This document shows positions 11,915 to 25,279 of a stretch of 64,000 nt of DNA, piece by piece (the first letter of the stretch is position 1; every line of letters starts with the position of its first letter). The notes under the pieces are model-generated. The model did not search any database, was not told where the DNA came from, and saw only the letters and a list, made by a program, of their open reading frames with translations. A program made the translations under genes and the position numbers. The DNA is from Octopus bimaculoides (taxonomy: Eukaryota): contig NC_068986.1 in NCBI RefSeq assembly GCF_001194135.2, positions 114,347,890-114,411,889 of the forward strand, written 5' to 3'.

Positions 11915-12311
11915 CTTGTTTCAGTCTTTGAATAGCTACAAAGCTGTGGCACCATTTGATGAATTTAGTCGAATAAATTGACCATAATATGTTGTTTATC
12001 GGTCTCTTTTGCCAAGTTACTAAGCCACTAAGTTACGGGACGCAAAGAAACCAATAGCGGTTGTCAAGTGGTGTGGGGGAAACACAAAGGCAGCAACCGC
12101 GCACGCGCGCGCACACAAATAGAGAGATAGATAGATAGATAGATATAACGGCTTCCCACAGTTTCCATCTACCAAATTCATTCACAAGACAGGTTCTCTG
12201 GCCAAGTCCTATCGTAGAACACAATTCCCCAAAGTGTCACATCGTGATACTAAACACGAAGCTGCATGATTTCGAAGTGAACTTGTAACCTATGCAACTA
12301 TGTCTGTACCT
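11915..12311 (-). mobile_element. SINE family B (degenerate, near full length)
   Basis: Contains the reverse complements of 'gtcccgtaacttag', 'gagaccgata' and 'ttggtagatggaaactg..gaagccgt'. Confidence 0.65.
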
Positions 12312-12329
12312 ATTTGCACACACATCCGC

Positions 12330-12990
12330 GTTTATATATAAACAAGAATAAGTTTGAATTAGTCCATTTTGGCGAAAAGACCGCACTTAAGTTACCATAT
12401 ACCGCTAGGGACATCGGAGAAACTGTCGACCAGAAGTTAAGATGGACCTCACCCTACCACCACCACCACCACATAAAAGCTGACCCGACCCGACTTGCAG
12501 AGTGTGCTCCTGGTTCCTCTGGTCTTTTCGGTCTAGAGATGCTGCTACCATTATCCTTCTCTTCTCTACCTTCGTCCATCCCTCACCTTGAATACTGCTA
12601 CCGCAATCAACCACAAAAAAAAGTCGATGACATGGCAGGTATTGATGACTGGGATCAGCTCCAGAAGCTCAAACTTTAGCTCCTTTCAAACGCCGCTGTC
12701 AGCGTTATATCATTTCAATGAAGTGGAAAATAGTCTATCGACATTGCCGAAATGATGTAGGCATCAACTTTAAAGAGCCATCCGTCCTCAACAAAAATCA
12801 AAACTATTTCACCTCAACTGGGCCTGCATTCTTTGACATCATGCTAAGTCACAAAAGGAAAGAAAAGGATCTCATAACATTCAAACGGTTCCTGGATGAA
12901 TTTCTCCAGATTCCAGGTAAACCACCAACATTCAGATATATCTCTACAAACATTAACTCTTTATCCAAACGGACGACGGTAACGAAACGA
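12330..12990 (+). mobile_element. CR1-group LINE ORF2 3' remnant with internal deletions
   Basis: Translates NKNKFELVHFGEKTALKLPYT..PHLEYC..DWDQLQKLKL..QNYFTSTGPAFFDIM..DLITFKRFLDEFLQIPGKPP..STNINSL, the typical post-RT tail of CR1-like elements. Confidence 0.7.
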
Positions 12991-13791
12991 TGACCGTAAC
13001 ATTGAAATGATTAAACGTCTTCTACACGAGGTGCTGTTATGTCAGTCATGACTTGGCCAATCCTGGCCGGAACCTATCTAAATATCTGTAGCAGAAGTCT
13101 GTGGGTTCCATTCTACACCGAGCAAATGTTTATTATCATATCCTTGTTCTGGAATCAACCAAATGATAGCGAATATGAATTGAAAGACAGAATAAACAGA
13201 AATTGTGTGGAAGCTGGTCGATATGAGACTTAATCTGTCATCTACCACATCCTGGTAATTTGTTATCTTTATTAAAGTCAACGCTGTTGCGGACACTTAG
13301 GTCTGAGGTCAGAGAATAACCGTCTTCCTTCTGCAGTTTGAGGGACAAAGCAAAGGTCGTGGCCGCTGTCCGTCTCCCTTACACTAAGGAATAAAATCAA
13401 AACAAATAGTCCCGTCGTATACACGTATATAAATACTAACGTGCGTATGGGTCTGTATTTGTCTCTGTATGTACTGTGAATGTTTTCGTGTGTGTGCTTG
13501 TCTGTAAGTGATTGTGTGAGTGAATATGCGACTGTATGTAAATGTGTGTATGCGTGTATGTGTATGTGAGTGTGTGTGTGAGTGTGTGTGTATGTGTGTG
13601 TACATGTCTGACATCATTTAATCTATTCTATCTATAGATGATAGAAGCAGAACTGATGAAGAGAATAAGGAAAAGCTTGACTATTCAGAGGCCAGTCAGT
13701 ACACGACTTAACGAGGCCCTTGCAGAACAAAGGCCCTTTCCCCTTCCTGAAGTGGAACGCAGCCTTTTAAATAAACCATCCTAGAAGTAAA

Positions 13792-13836
<45 letters not shown>

Positions 13837-14000
13837 CAGACAGACAGACGGAGAAAGAGTGAGAGAGGGAGAGAAAGTGAGAGAAAGAGAACACCGACTA
13901 ATCCCCTACTTTATTGGCAGGAGTAAACTTGCCTTGTTATATGCTGGGTGGGGTATATGTGTGTATACATATATATGTTTATACATATATATATATATGT

Positions 14001-14073
<73 letters not shown>

Positions 14074-14320
14074 GATGAACAGATATGCATGCACGCGCAC
14101 ATACAAACATGTACACATATTTATATACACTCGGATATGCATGTGTGTACATGTATATATTCTCTTAAGCTTATATCCATAAAAATAGCGTGTACAATAC
14201 CGCACGCACAGGTCACTTTTTTTTATCACTTTACGACCTACATTCCAATACATATTGACACACATACATACATATGTGCATAGATGTTAATAGATATGCA
14301 CGCACGCACACATACACACG

Positions 14321-14396
<76 letters not shown>

Positions 14397-14589
14397 AACA
14401 AACAAACAAACAAACAAACAAACAAACAGCTACATGTTTCTGTATACTGATAGGCAGAGAAGGTAAATACAGGAATTGAAACTACAAGTGACAAAAGACC
14501 CTCAAGTTAGATCAACTGATACAAATTTCAGTACAAAAGATGCAAAAATTCACAAAGACTAAAAGGGAAAAAAAGAGCCCTTAAACTCA

Positions 14590-14635
<46 letters not shown>

Positions 14636-15334
14636 AAGCGGACGAAGCAAATGCTATTTTATAAAATGACAAACTTTACGACGAATGTAACAAAAAAATG
14701 AGAATCAAAAGAGAGAAAAAAGAAAAGAAAGAACACTAAAGAAAATACACGAAACATGTAACATCTCACGAGTAACTTTATTTTCAACAGACGCAGCGCA
14801 TGTCAGTGACTAGGTTACAGAAATGACATACTCACAGACTTCGCAGAAGTGACCTAGTCACAGAGTCTATTATGAATTGTTGTACACTTCATAATATATT
14901 TTTCTATTAACAAGTAAACGCTAAATTAATATTAACATCTTTGATGTGTTTGTTCTTAATTCACCAAAATAATTATTCCATGGTGTATATAAGTGTTCTA
15001 CTTTTGTGAACAATCCTTTCAGAAGAAGATGTTGCCTAAAACCTGCTCAGAGGCCCCGTAATTACTTTAGAAATGAATCTGACGTATATTGTATCGTACT
15101 TGCTCAATCTTGCTAATGTTTAATGGTTCATCAATGTTAATGAAGTATCTGGACGGACATGATATCAAGGATTTAGTGAATTTTGTTTTGGGCAATAAAC
15201 AAAGTTTTCTGCGTATGTGCATCCGACTTTTCACATTTTCTCCTAAATAAGAAATATCCTCCGACCGAAGATATTTAAGCTTCAAAACGTTTACACTGTT
15301 ATTATCGGAAGCTTTACTTAAGTGGCATTAGATG

Positions 15335-15785
15335 GAGAATCTTTTCTGTTGTTCTTCGCATGAACCGGTCTATCACCATGAGAAACAGGAAGCCTCACAT
15401 AACACAGCCCTGCTTTACTCCAGTTGTAACCTTAAACCACTCTGTCTTGTCCCCCGCCTGTGCACTCAAAGTCGCCGTACACTGCCTGCACAATCCTCGT
15501 GACCTTGTCAGCAATGCCATATGATCTCTTATTTTCTAGTCCTTCACAGTGGACTGAGTCGAAAGCTTTGTTCAACAGAATTGAACATACACCATTGCTC
15601 TCCACTCCTGGACTTGCTTTAAAATGTCTCTGAAGAAGAAATATCTGCTCCATTGTGCTTCTCTTCTTGCGTAGTCCAGCCTGCTCTTTCCTGGGAGATT
15701 GATCTACTCATTTCTGCATTCGCTCAACGATGACGTGCTCCATAATTTTACTCATTACATAAAGTAGTGTTATTCCATCTAATTT
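15335..15785 (-). mobile_element. RTE-clade LINE reverse transcriptase fragment
   Basis: Translates GITLLYVMSKI..KEQAGLRKKRSTMEQIF..KAFDSVH..SYGIADKVTRIVQAVY..TEWFKVTTGVKQGCVM*GFLFLMVIDRFMRR (RT domains 2-4), with stops and frameshifts. Confidence 0.85.
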
Positions 15786-15869
15786 CGGTATTCCTTCAAG
15801 TCACCATTCTTTGGTAATTTGATGGTAATTCCATTTTTCCTTTTGTCTGGTATTCTCTCTCTGTGTCAC

Positions 15870-16045
15870 ATACATGTATGTATGTTTGTCCCCCCCAGTA
15901 CCGCTTCACGACTGGTCTTGATTTGCTTACCACCTCGTAACTTAGCGGTTTAGAATAAGAAACCGATAGAATATGTAGCAGGCTCGTAAATAAAATAAGC
16001 ATGGCCACAGTCCAGTGACAGAAACAAAAAAAAAAGATAAAAGAT
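15870..16045 (+). mobile_element. SINE family B, 3' half
   Basis: tttgtcccccc..gtaacttagcggtt..accgatagaata..gcatggccacagtcca..aaagataaaag. Confidence 0.65.
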
Positions 16046-16885
16046 ACACACACATGCAGTTAGACACACGTGCGGATATTGAATGAACATTTCTAGTGAA
16101 CATTAAGTTATCTTTTTATCTCCTTATATTACATATGCAACACTCCAGCAGAGTGATTTTAATTCCGTGGATAAAGTTCTCTGTGGGGGTGCTGCATATG
16201 TAAAAGAAAGAGATAAAAAAAAAAGCATAACTTAGTTTCACTAGAAATGTCCAGAGTAGGCGAAATTTCACTTGTAGGGTCTTAAAAAAAAGATAAACGT
16301 CTAAGGGAGATAAATTTGATAATATCATCGGAACGATTTTTTTTTTTTTTTTTAACTTTTTATAGAGTGCAAAGAGGAGTGGAATATTGCCTTTAACGCT
16401 AAGTGGTGAAACGAAAGTATTTCGATTTGTTCTTATTACGTATCAACAAGCCATGTTTGCCTCAACAGGCAAATATAAAGAGGGAATGTAGTAGGACCGA
16501 TTATGACTATCAACACTTGGGCGCTACGTATATCTGTGTCCGTGTGGTGGGGTGTGTATAGCTAAAAATGAGTATTTTTATACACATGGAAAAACAGCCA
16601 ATATTGGCTGAATAAACAGCTACAAATTATGTTTTAAATAATTTTATTTACAGTTATTTGAAAGTCCCTCTCTTTCTCTGTCCCAATCTTTCTTCCACTC
16701 TCTCTCTCTCTCCCCCTCTCTCATACACACACACATACACACAAAGATGAATAAGCATTCAGGTGAACAATAAAATTTCCAGTCAAATAGATTCTTCAAT
16801 AAGTTTGACCCCAGTTGATACATGTACTGTTGTTATTCTTAAATTTGCTCTCATATTTAGGGGTGAATGCTTGGACGGATGTATC

Positions 16886-16953
<68 letters not shown>

Positions 16954-17185
16954 TGATAAATAGATAGAGAGAGAGAGGGGGGAATTTGCTAATATATACC
17001 TATACATGTGTGTGTATAATATGTGTGTGTATAGACACACACATACATACACACGATATGTGTATGTACAGAGAGAGAGAGCGAGAGATAAAGAAACGTA
17101 TGTGTGTGTTCGCGCGTGATTGTACATATGTGTATTATGTATGTATGCATGTATGTACGTATATATGTGTGCATGCATGTGTGCA

Positions 17186-17226
<41 letters not shown>

Positions 17227-17674
17227 GTGCGCGCGTGAGTTTATTTCCTTGTGTCTAGTCTTCAAGCCGCCGTCGTGTCTTGACTGTTCTGTTTAACATC
17301 TGAGATCTAACAACAGCAGTTCTTCCTCAGCCACCCTTCTAATACCCACTTTCAGCTCCTTTATCATCGCTCCCTTCCTTCAACTTCATTACATCCTCTT
17401 CCCTCCCTGCCTTATCCGCAAATCCTCTTCCTGTTCCCCTCGCTATCTCTAAACCTTATATTTACATCAGGCCCCAAACATGACGAGAACTCCCTTTTGT
17501 CTGATGCCAAAATTGTCTGAGCGTGAGAGAGAGAAAGAGAGAGAGAGAGAGGGGTGTAGAGAGATTGTATTTTATAACTTTACATATGCATGTGTGTATG
17601 TGTGTGCGTGTACATTTCTCTTGTGTAATTATGTTTGTGTATGTATACATGTACGCACGTTGACGATGTGGATA

Positions 17675-18027
17675 TGTACACAGCCGTGGCAGTATGGTAG
17701 AAAGTTTACTTCCCAACCAAATGGTCCCGGGTTCGGGCCAGCCAAAGCTTTGAGAGTGGATTTGTTAGACAAAAGCTGAAAGAAGCCCGTCGTATATTTA
17801 TATGAGTGTTTGTGTCTTTATGTCAGTGTTTGTCAACCCCTACACCCACCCACCCCTGCCACTGCTTAGTGTGTTTACGTCCCTGTAACTTAGCGGTTCG
17901 GCAAAAGAAACTCGGGCTTTACAAAAACATAATGAGTACAAGTGTCAATTTGTTCGACTAAGATTCTTCAAGGCGGTGCCCCAGGGTGACTGCAGTCCAA
18001 TAACTAAAACAAATAAAAGATAAAAGA
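17675..18027 (+). mobile_element. SINE family B, near full length
   Basis: gtggcagtatggtag..ccgggttcgg head, then gaaagaagcccgtcgtata, gtaacttagcggttcggcaaaag and an aaataaaagataaaag tail. Confidence 0.75.
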
Positions 18028-18384
18028 CGTACATAAATATGTTTTTGTGTGTGTAGAGAGAGTTCTGCTGCGAAGGCAGATCACTGCCGTTTTATTCATA
18101 CGCCTCCAGCTCTGATTGGCTGGAATCTGCTACAGCACAACTGAACTATGCCACGGCGACGTAATAGATCTTTCCTAACTCGCTACGCTAACCCCTTTTT
18201 CAGACGATAAGTCGATACAAGTAAGAAGAAAAAAAAAGGAGAAAAATGCAAAACAAAATGAATACAAGAAAAGCAAAATGTTCAAACACTGGAAAAAGAA
18301 AACAACATGAATGCATTAAGAAAAAAAATGGCATGCAAAGAAAAAAAGACAATAGCAGGCACTAATGGCCAGTTCATATACAGG

Positions 18385-19115
18385 TAGTTTTACAAAACCT
18401 CTCGGGCTAAAGGACACGATGACCGCTGCGAGTTGTCGTAACGTATCTTGAGGAAGGTGAAGATGTTTGTGGAGCAATGTGTGTAGGGAGTGTATATGTG
18501 TGTGGAGCGGTGTATGGTGAGGGAAATGTATGTGGTTCCGGGGTATTAGCATCTGTGACGGCCCTTTAAAGTCTATCAATGGAGACTGTGCCTCTAGACC
18601 CATTAAAGGCAATAGTAAAATGTTTGTCGGATGGCGCGAGCACGCAATAAGGTCCAGAGTAAGGTGGGGTGAGAGGTCTTCTCACTGCGTCATTTCTGAC
18701 GAAAACATGGGTCCGCCAAGTGTTCATGGGTGGCAGGACTTGAACGTATGAACGCAGGTGGTTCACATAGAGCGCAGGATCCCGAGTAGAAAGGTCGACT
18801 GGGGCGAGCATCTGCCCCGGCAAAGACAACGGAGCACCATACAGCAGTTCGGCTGGGGAGTATCTAAGATCCTCCTTGAACGCAGTCCGAATGCCGAGGA
18901 GTACTATGGGGGGAGGGGGGTACTCGCTCCAGCGTTGAGTATCAGGGTAGCCACGAAAGCGCTCCACCATTCCATTAGATGCAGGACTATAGCTGGTAGT
19001 ACGGATCTGTTGCGCACCGATGATCTTAGTAAGTTCTGGAAAAAGGTAAGATTCAAACTGTCTACCACGGTCTGTTGTAATAGTGGAAGGGACACCGTAA
19101 TGCAATATCCATCCT
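18385..19115 (-). mobile_element. Ty3/Gypsy integrase remnant (no LTR seen)
   Basis: Translates GWILHYGVPSTITTDRGRQFES..RTTSYSPASNGMVERF..VLLGIRTAFKEDL..AELLYG..HVFVRNDAVRRPLTPPYSGPY..TVSIDRL, then a frameshifted TTRSGHRV tail. Confidence 0.9.
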
Positions 19116-19319
19116 GATACCAGTGCTCGTGCTAAATGCGTTTACAGAAATTGCCGAACATATAGTTTCACTTGTAGCATACTTTCTTCGAAAGATTACC
19201 CGTATTCAGTGTAACGCCACCTAATGTGTTGAGTACTACTTTCGCTTTTTCACTCAATTTGGTGTATGTGTATGCTTATATGCACGTGCGCGCACGTGTG
19301 TGAATGTGTGTCAACTGAT

Positions 19320-19500
19320 GACCAAGGTGAGTTCTCATCGATTATACATGTGATCAAAGTCAGTCCAGCTGAGACCACCCCATCACCTTTTCAGTCATTA
19401 TCTATATGCCCCATTATCCACTAAACTCTATTGTTTTTGAGACAGTGGTTAATTATTCGAGGAATACTTAACAATTATTTCTAGATTGTTAATTAATCGA
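19320..19500 (-). mobile_element. Family F copy (degenerate)
   Basis: caaggtgagttctcatcga..tgtgatcaaagtcagtccagctgagaccaccc matches the family F core. Confidence 0.45.
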
Positions 19501-19633
19501 AATTAAGTCACGATATAATTCTGAAAAGCATTTGATAAAACGCAAAAAATTTTCGTGAATGTGTTCTTAGACTACAAGCTATACGTTGGCATAGAGGCCA
19601 CGACATAATATTTAGTACGTGCGTACGTAATTA

Positions 19634-19672
<39 letters not shown>

Positions 19673-19805
19673 ATAATTTTGGTCGAATTAGCCTCTTGCA
19701 ACTCTGGTAACATACAGGATCCAGATGTTAGTGATACAGATGTTACTGTAACTCCATATTTGTTTGCATTGACCTCAGCGTTCTCTCAGCAGAAAAAGCG
19801 TCTCT

Positions 19806-19846
<41 letters not shown>

Positions 19847-20509
19847 CTCTCTCTCTCTCTCTCTCCAATTATTTGTATATGTGTGCTGTTCTCGCGCGCG
19901 TATGTAAATTAGAAGAGTCCAATGCGATATTCCTTCCGGCCCTCTCCATTTTACCTGAAAGCCCGCCAAAATCAAATTTACCTTCCATCGTTTTAATGTT
20001 GGAATACTGAATCAGTCGACACTTAGTGAAATGTTCCGAATGGTTAGCCATGTAAAATTTATGTGACGATTCATATATACATCGAACATATGTGATATTT
20101 ATGTGTACGTGTATGTGTGTGTCTGTGCACGTACGTGCGTGCCCGTGTGGCTGTGTGGTAAGGAATTTGCTTCTCAACACAACCTGCCACACTCGCGCTC
20201 CAACACCCAGCCACACAATTACACAAACAACTGGGGAAATTGCAAAAAGCATTCATGAAAACAATAAGCAAAAGTCGGAGATCTTATTGACTGGGAACGC
20301 CTCTGTGCATTATATATTTACTCGCTAGAACGCCAACAGAAATGCTTTGCCATAATTGATATACGGAAGATTCTCAAAATCTTGTTCTAATCATTGGTAT
20401 AAAAGAGACAGAGAGGAAGAGAGAGAGAAATGAAGAGAGGAATGGCGGTAACTCTCAAATCCCAATACTCTCTTCTTTAAGCTCTCACATGAGGAACCTA
20501 TATAATAAC

Positions 20510-20630
20510 TGTTTGGCATTTGAAAGTTCTCAGCTCTACAACTACTTCCCAAAAAATTACGAAGCGTGACCAATGTTTCATTTGAAACTTTTAAAAGGTA
20601 ACTGGATACTTTTGTGTACAGCATAACAGA
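20510..20630 (+). mobile_element. CR1-group LINE 3' micro-fragment
   Basis: Translates LLPKKLRSVTNVSFETFKR*LDTFVYSITD, resembling the 'LP..R......FKR.LD.F' terminus of CR1-like ORF2. Confidence 0.45.
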
Positions 20631-21124
20631 TTAGCAATTTGCAAAATGTTACAAATAAAAACAGAGCATCCGTCATCAGTTCGTTAATCCGCCAAATAGA
20701 GATGGCACGTGCACTGAAAATAAAAAAAAAAGCAAATACCACCAAACCTTAGATATACAGACACACATCAAAAATGACAGAACATTCAACGGTGAAGGCA
20801 GAGCTGAAGAATGGCCTTAAGTGAAGGGTAAAATAAGCTAAAGAAATATAGAACTCAATACTGGTTTACATATAAACAAATACCTCACTATTGACATACT
20901 CACAACAACACCAAGAACAAAAGTATGCAAACACCAATCAGAAACACCCTGACCCACAATACACGCGACCCAAATGCATAACACGCATGATCAAAACGTA
21001 ATCACATAAACTCATACAAACAAACATTAATACATTAAAAGTACGACACTCCACCACAAAACGGTCACGGACGGAACGCCTTTCATCGTGAAACTACTGA
21101 GTCTTGAACTGAACAACAACAGTA

Positions 21125-21350
21125 ACAGCGAAAGAGGCAACTTCTAAATGGTCACTCTATTTGCTAGAAATAAAGCCAAATCATCCTCAAAGTACAGATT
21201 ACTTTCTTAAAAAGGAAGAATGCGTTTAATAATGTAAAAATGGAAATTCTAAATATATAATCTGAAAAGAAATGACAGGATGATCACGTACAGAATAGCT
21301 GTCACCACTGGTCATTGAAATGTGCTTCACTTTGGACTAAACATTAGCAA
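21125..21350 (+). mobile_element. Family F copy
   Basis: tggtcactctatttgctagaaataaagccaaatc..caggatgatcac..tggtca..ggactaaaca. Confidence 0.6.
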
Positions 21351-21641
21351 GAAGAAAACACATTATTATAGACTATACATCCGCAAATACCCACAAAAAT
21401 GAGTTTGCGGGAAAATACATGGTTTTGAGTTACATCCTACCATATCACACATATTCAAACTGCGACAGAACGGGAGAGCCCCAGGCCAACCAATGTCAAT
21501 TAGTTAGACGGCAACTATGACCTGGCAAGTTGTCTGTGTGCGCGACCATGCGTTTATATATACGTATACATACATACATACATTATATATACACATACAT
21601 ACATATATGTATATATGCATACATACATATATATATGTATG

Positions 21642-21729
<88 letters not shown>

Positions 21730-22068
21730 AAAGTTTTTTTAATGGCGAATGAATGAGACAGCAGTGCTCAATACATGTGATGTGGTAGAGGATATGGTCC
21801 TTTTCTACAAAGAGCAGTGACGTGAAACTCGAGTCGTGAGGCAAACGCCAAGCTTCTGTTTTAATGAAAGCTATAGATTGATACACAAGCATTCAACTAT
21901 GAGTGCATTCCATGTTAGAGCAAAAACAGATGCAACCTAATGAAGTTCAGTACATAATTTCTAGTTTCTTTGCCATTTATATAAGCTCTTATTACGTTCT
22001 ACTCGAATAATGCTTTTTCTCTGAAACATATGTATACCAGGTAATTAGTATCGCTAAGCCTTACCGAA

Positions 22069-22165
<97 letters not shown>

Positions 22166-22930
22166 CGTGTGTGTGTGTTCGTGTGTGTAAATTTTGAGCT
22201 TTAAAATTCTCCAGTCATAGAAATAATAGAGCACAGTACTCTAAATCGAAGGTTTGATCGTTCGCTGTTCATACGACCTCGTTGTTCCACATATCAAACA
22301 CCCGGACACAAGATATCGTCACTGTTTGTCTCAATCTTCCCTGAGACGACACAGCTTTTGAAAATAGAAAAACTAAAATGGAAATGAAATGCATCAGTTA
22401 TTATTACTTTTTTACGATTTAAATAATGATGGCATTTTCCAGGAAAAATCAGGCTATTTTGATCCTAATGTTCACCTGCAATAACAAAGTAATTTATGGT
22501 GTAATTAAAACGTATCGACCTCTCTATCGTTCCACTTTAAGATGAAACTTAATAATTAAATGTAATTAATGAGTCTAAATTATAGTCATCTAAAGGGTGG
22601 TTTCTATGCAGTGTTTAATTTCGAAAGTAACGAACTAAATTTGTGTAGGAGGGCCTTAAGAAGGATTTAATCCGGATGAATTTGAATGTTTGATCGATTT
22701 AAATTTCATTTGAATATACAGGGTCAAAAACAGTCATAATGTCCGAAATCGGACATATCTGACCACCTCGTCGATAGGTATTATCAGTTATTGATTCACA
22801 TGATGGGATGAACTGTTCGTTCTATAGGGAAAATACGCCAGGCAAGTACCTGAAGAGACATGTTTGTTAACCTTTGCAAAATGATGCAACGCAAAGAGAC
22901 TATTTTTGAGGAAAGGGCTGAAAGATATTC

Positions 22931-23091
22931 TTTTTTTACTCTAGGCACAAGGCCCGAAATTTGGGGGGAGGGAGCCAGTCGATTAAACCGACCCTAGTAC
23001 GCAACTGGAACTTCATTTATCGACCCCGAAAGGATGAAAGGCAAAGTCGATCTCTGCGGAATGTGAACTAAGAACATAAAGACAGACGAAG
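22931..23091 (-). mobile_element. 5'-truncated SINE family A with perfect 16-bp TSD
   Basis: gggctgaaagatattc occurs at 22915-22930 and 23092-23107. The body is the reverse complement of 9140-9296. Confidence 0.9.
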
Positions 23092-23139
23092 GGGCTGAAA
23101 GATATTCACTGGCCCCTACCTGGCTCTTTAAACTCCTAA

Positions 23140-23590
23140 CAGAGGAGAGGTTAAGAACTGGTATCAACGTCATCCAGAGCTAGTCACTAAGGGAGAGAAT
23201 AGCAGACCAGATATTGTCATCAAAGATCTAAAACAAAAAACACATGCCTGTTATCTGACATGACAGTACCTACTGATAGAAACATCTCAGCAAAAGAACT
23301 TGAAAAACTGTAGAAATATAAGGACTTTGGGATTGAGATATCTAGGTTGTGGCAATTGAAAACGAAAACCATCTCTGTTGCTGTAGGTGCCCTAGGAATG
23401 ATCAAGAAAGATAATGACAAATTTTTTGATTAGATCCTTGGGAAACTAACAATCTATGAAACTCAAAAAATTGTGTTGACATCACCCGACCACAATCTCA
23501 GGAAGTTTCTCTCTATCTAATATATATGTGCCTTAGGTCTCTGGTTGAAACACGGTTGGAGGATGAAATAAAATGCAATTCAATCGGAAA
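23140..23590 (+). mobile_element. R4/Dong-like non-LTR element 3' end (restriction-like endonuclease)
   Basis: Translates KNWYQRHPELVTKGE../RPDIVIKDLKQKTCLLSDMTVPTDRNISAKELEKL*KYKDFGIEISRLWQLKTKTISVAVGALGMIKK; followed by (ATA)n. Confidence 0.85.
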
Positions 23591-23611
23591 ATGATAATAA
23601 TAACAATAATG

Positions 23612-23671
<60 letters not shown>

Positions 23672-23674
<3 letters not shown>

Positions 23675-23835
23675 GATGTGTTGCAAAAATCGTCATTACT
23701 TGGAGCTGCACGCTTATTGCGTAAAGTACTGTCTGTCTGGGATCCTTGTTGTAGCTTGACAAACAATACAAACCCCCGGTAGACGCAATATCTTCAATCA
23801 ACAACCTCACGATGTTGTATACCGTACGACGTCTA
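23672..23835 (+). mobile_element. R4-like 3' terminus (second subfamily)
   Basis: Translates KDVLQKSSLLGAARLLRKVLSV; lies between (ATA)n and (TAG)n. Confidence 0.7.
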
Positions 23836-23846
23836 TGATGATAGTA

Positions 23847-23924
<78 letters not shown>

Positions 23925-25035
23925 AGGGAATACGAAACAAATCTAAAACCTGGAAACAGTGAAGATGAAACGAATGATTATGATACTTTAAAAATTAGCA
24001 TAAATCAAAGAACTGAAAGCCACAGATCTCAGTATGGACCACCGATTATAGCTCGCAAAAATTGAAATTTATAATAAAACACCATCAATAATAAATAGCA
24101 TGAACCTGGCCGTCACAGAACTAATAACCACAGAAGCAAATGTCAATATGACCAGGCTAAATGATATAATATATGCAGCAGCCGCTGTGGCCACAAAAAG
24201 AAGCTGGATACCCCCTAAAACCCATCCAAACAGGAGCATCACCACCCAAACAAACCCTATGGATAAATAATATCCAGAAAAAATAGAAAATAAGAGAAAG
24301 GATCTGTCAATCCTTAATGAAACTAGTAGACAATCAGCACTATTAAGCAACAAGAAGAGAAGAAAAATACTACATAAATACAAAATTACAGAGCAAGGTG
24401 TACCCGAGGTAGAAGAACAGCTAAAGCAAGATATCCTCGCCAAAGCACAAAACAAGTAGTTCAACTCCAACCCCAAAAGATTCTACCAAGAACTTGGCGA
24501 AATTAAAATAGAGATCAATGCAGCACCAACAGCAGAAAAAGTGAAAAACATTTGGAAAGAAATATGGTCGGAAAAGATGTATCAAAACAACGAGCACAAC
24601 CCCTGAACAACTCTGGCCCCTAAAACAGCTGAAGAGGTCAGCCAGGCACTGCAAAAACCAAGCAGCTGGAAGGCACCCGGGCACGACAAGATCTCCAGCC
24701 TCTGGTTGGAACACCTAACAAGAACACATAAAAAGCTGGCTGAGAAATTTAGGGAAATACTAGCAGAGCCAGAGACAATGTCTGAATAGCGCACGGAAGG
24801 CAAAACCATCCTAATTCCCAAATCCAGTGAAAAGGCAAACCCACAAAATTACAGACCGATAACTTGTCTCCCTACAATTTACAAAGCCTTTACTGCAATA
24901 ATATCCCAGAGAATGAGCAAACATCTCGAAGAAAACAACTTGTTTCCAGAAGAGCAGAGGTGGGGTGGGGGGGGGGTACTGCAAGGGTTCATACGGCTGT
25001 AAAGATCAGCTACTAATCAATAAAGCCATAAATGA
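23925..25035 (+). mobile_element. R4-like N-terminal region and RT domains 0-3
   Basis: Translates SWKAPGHDKISSLWL..GKTILIPK..NPQNYRPITCLPTIYKAFTAII..NLFPEEQR..KGSYGCKDQLLINKAI, with stops. Confidence 0.9.
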
Positions 25036-25044
25036 CAGATGACA

Positions 25045-25255
25045 ATGTTTCTCTCAAAGAAACGAAGAAACTTTCAAAATAAAAAGATCTGGAAAAATGG
25101 GTAACTCGAATGTGGAGCCTAAAATCTTTAGCAGTTTCTATCATAGTAAGCAACTTCGGTATGATAAAAAAAAATATTCAGACAAATACATAAAAACACC
25201 AGGACTAGCAAGGATATATAACATATAGAAAATACCATATTACCTATCAATATAT
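25045..25255 (+). mobile_element. R4-like endonuclease fragment (third subfamily)
   Basis: Translates SLKETKKLSK*KDLEKWVTRMWSLK..GMIKK.YSDKYI..PGL. Confidence 0.65.
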
Positions 25256-25279
25256 ACTACTAATTCAGAAAGAATATAA

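Noticed and set aside
13337-13395. Strong acceptor followed by LRDKAKVVAAVRLPYTKE-stop and AATAAA
   Set aside because: Very short, with no upstream exon or homology; such acceptors arise often by chance.
15067-15285. ORF with SYLGE resembling GIY-YIG
   Set aside because: Lacks the first motif and cysteines; similarity is too weak.
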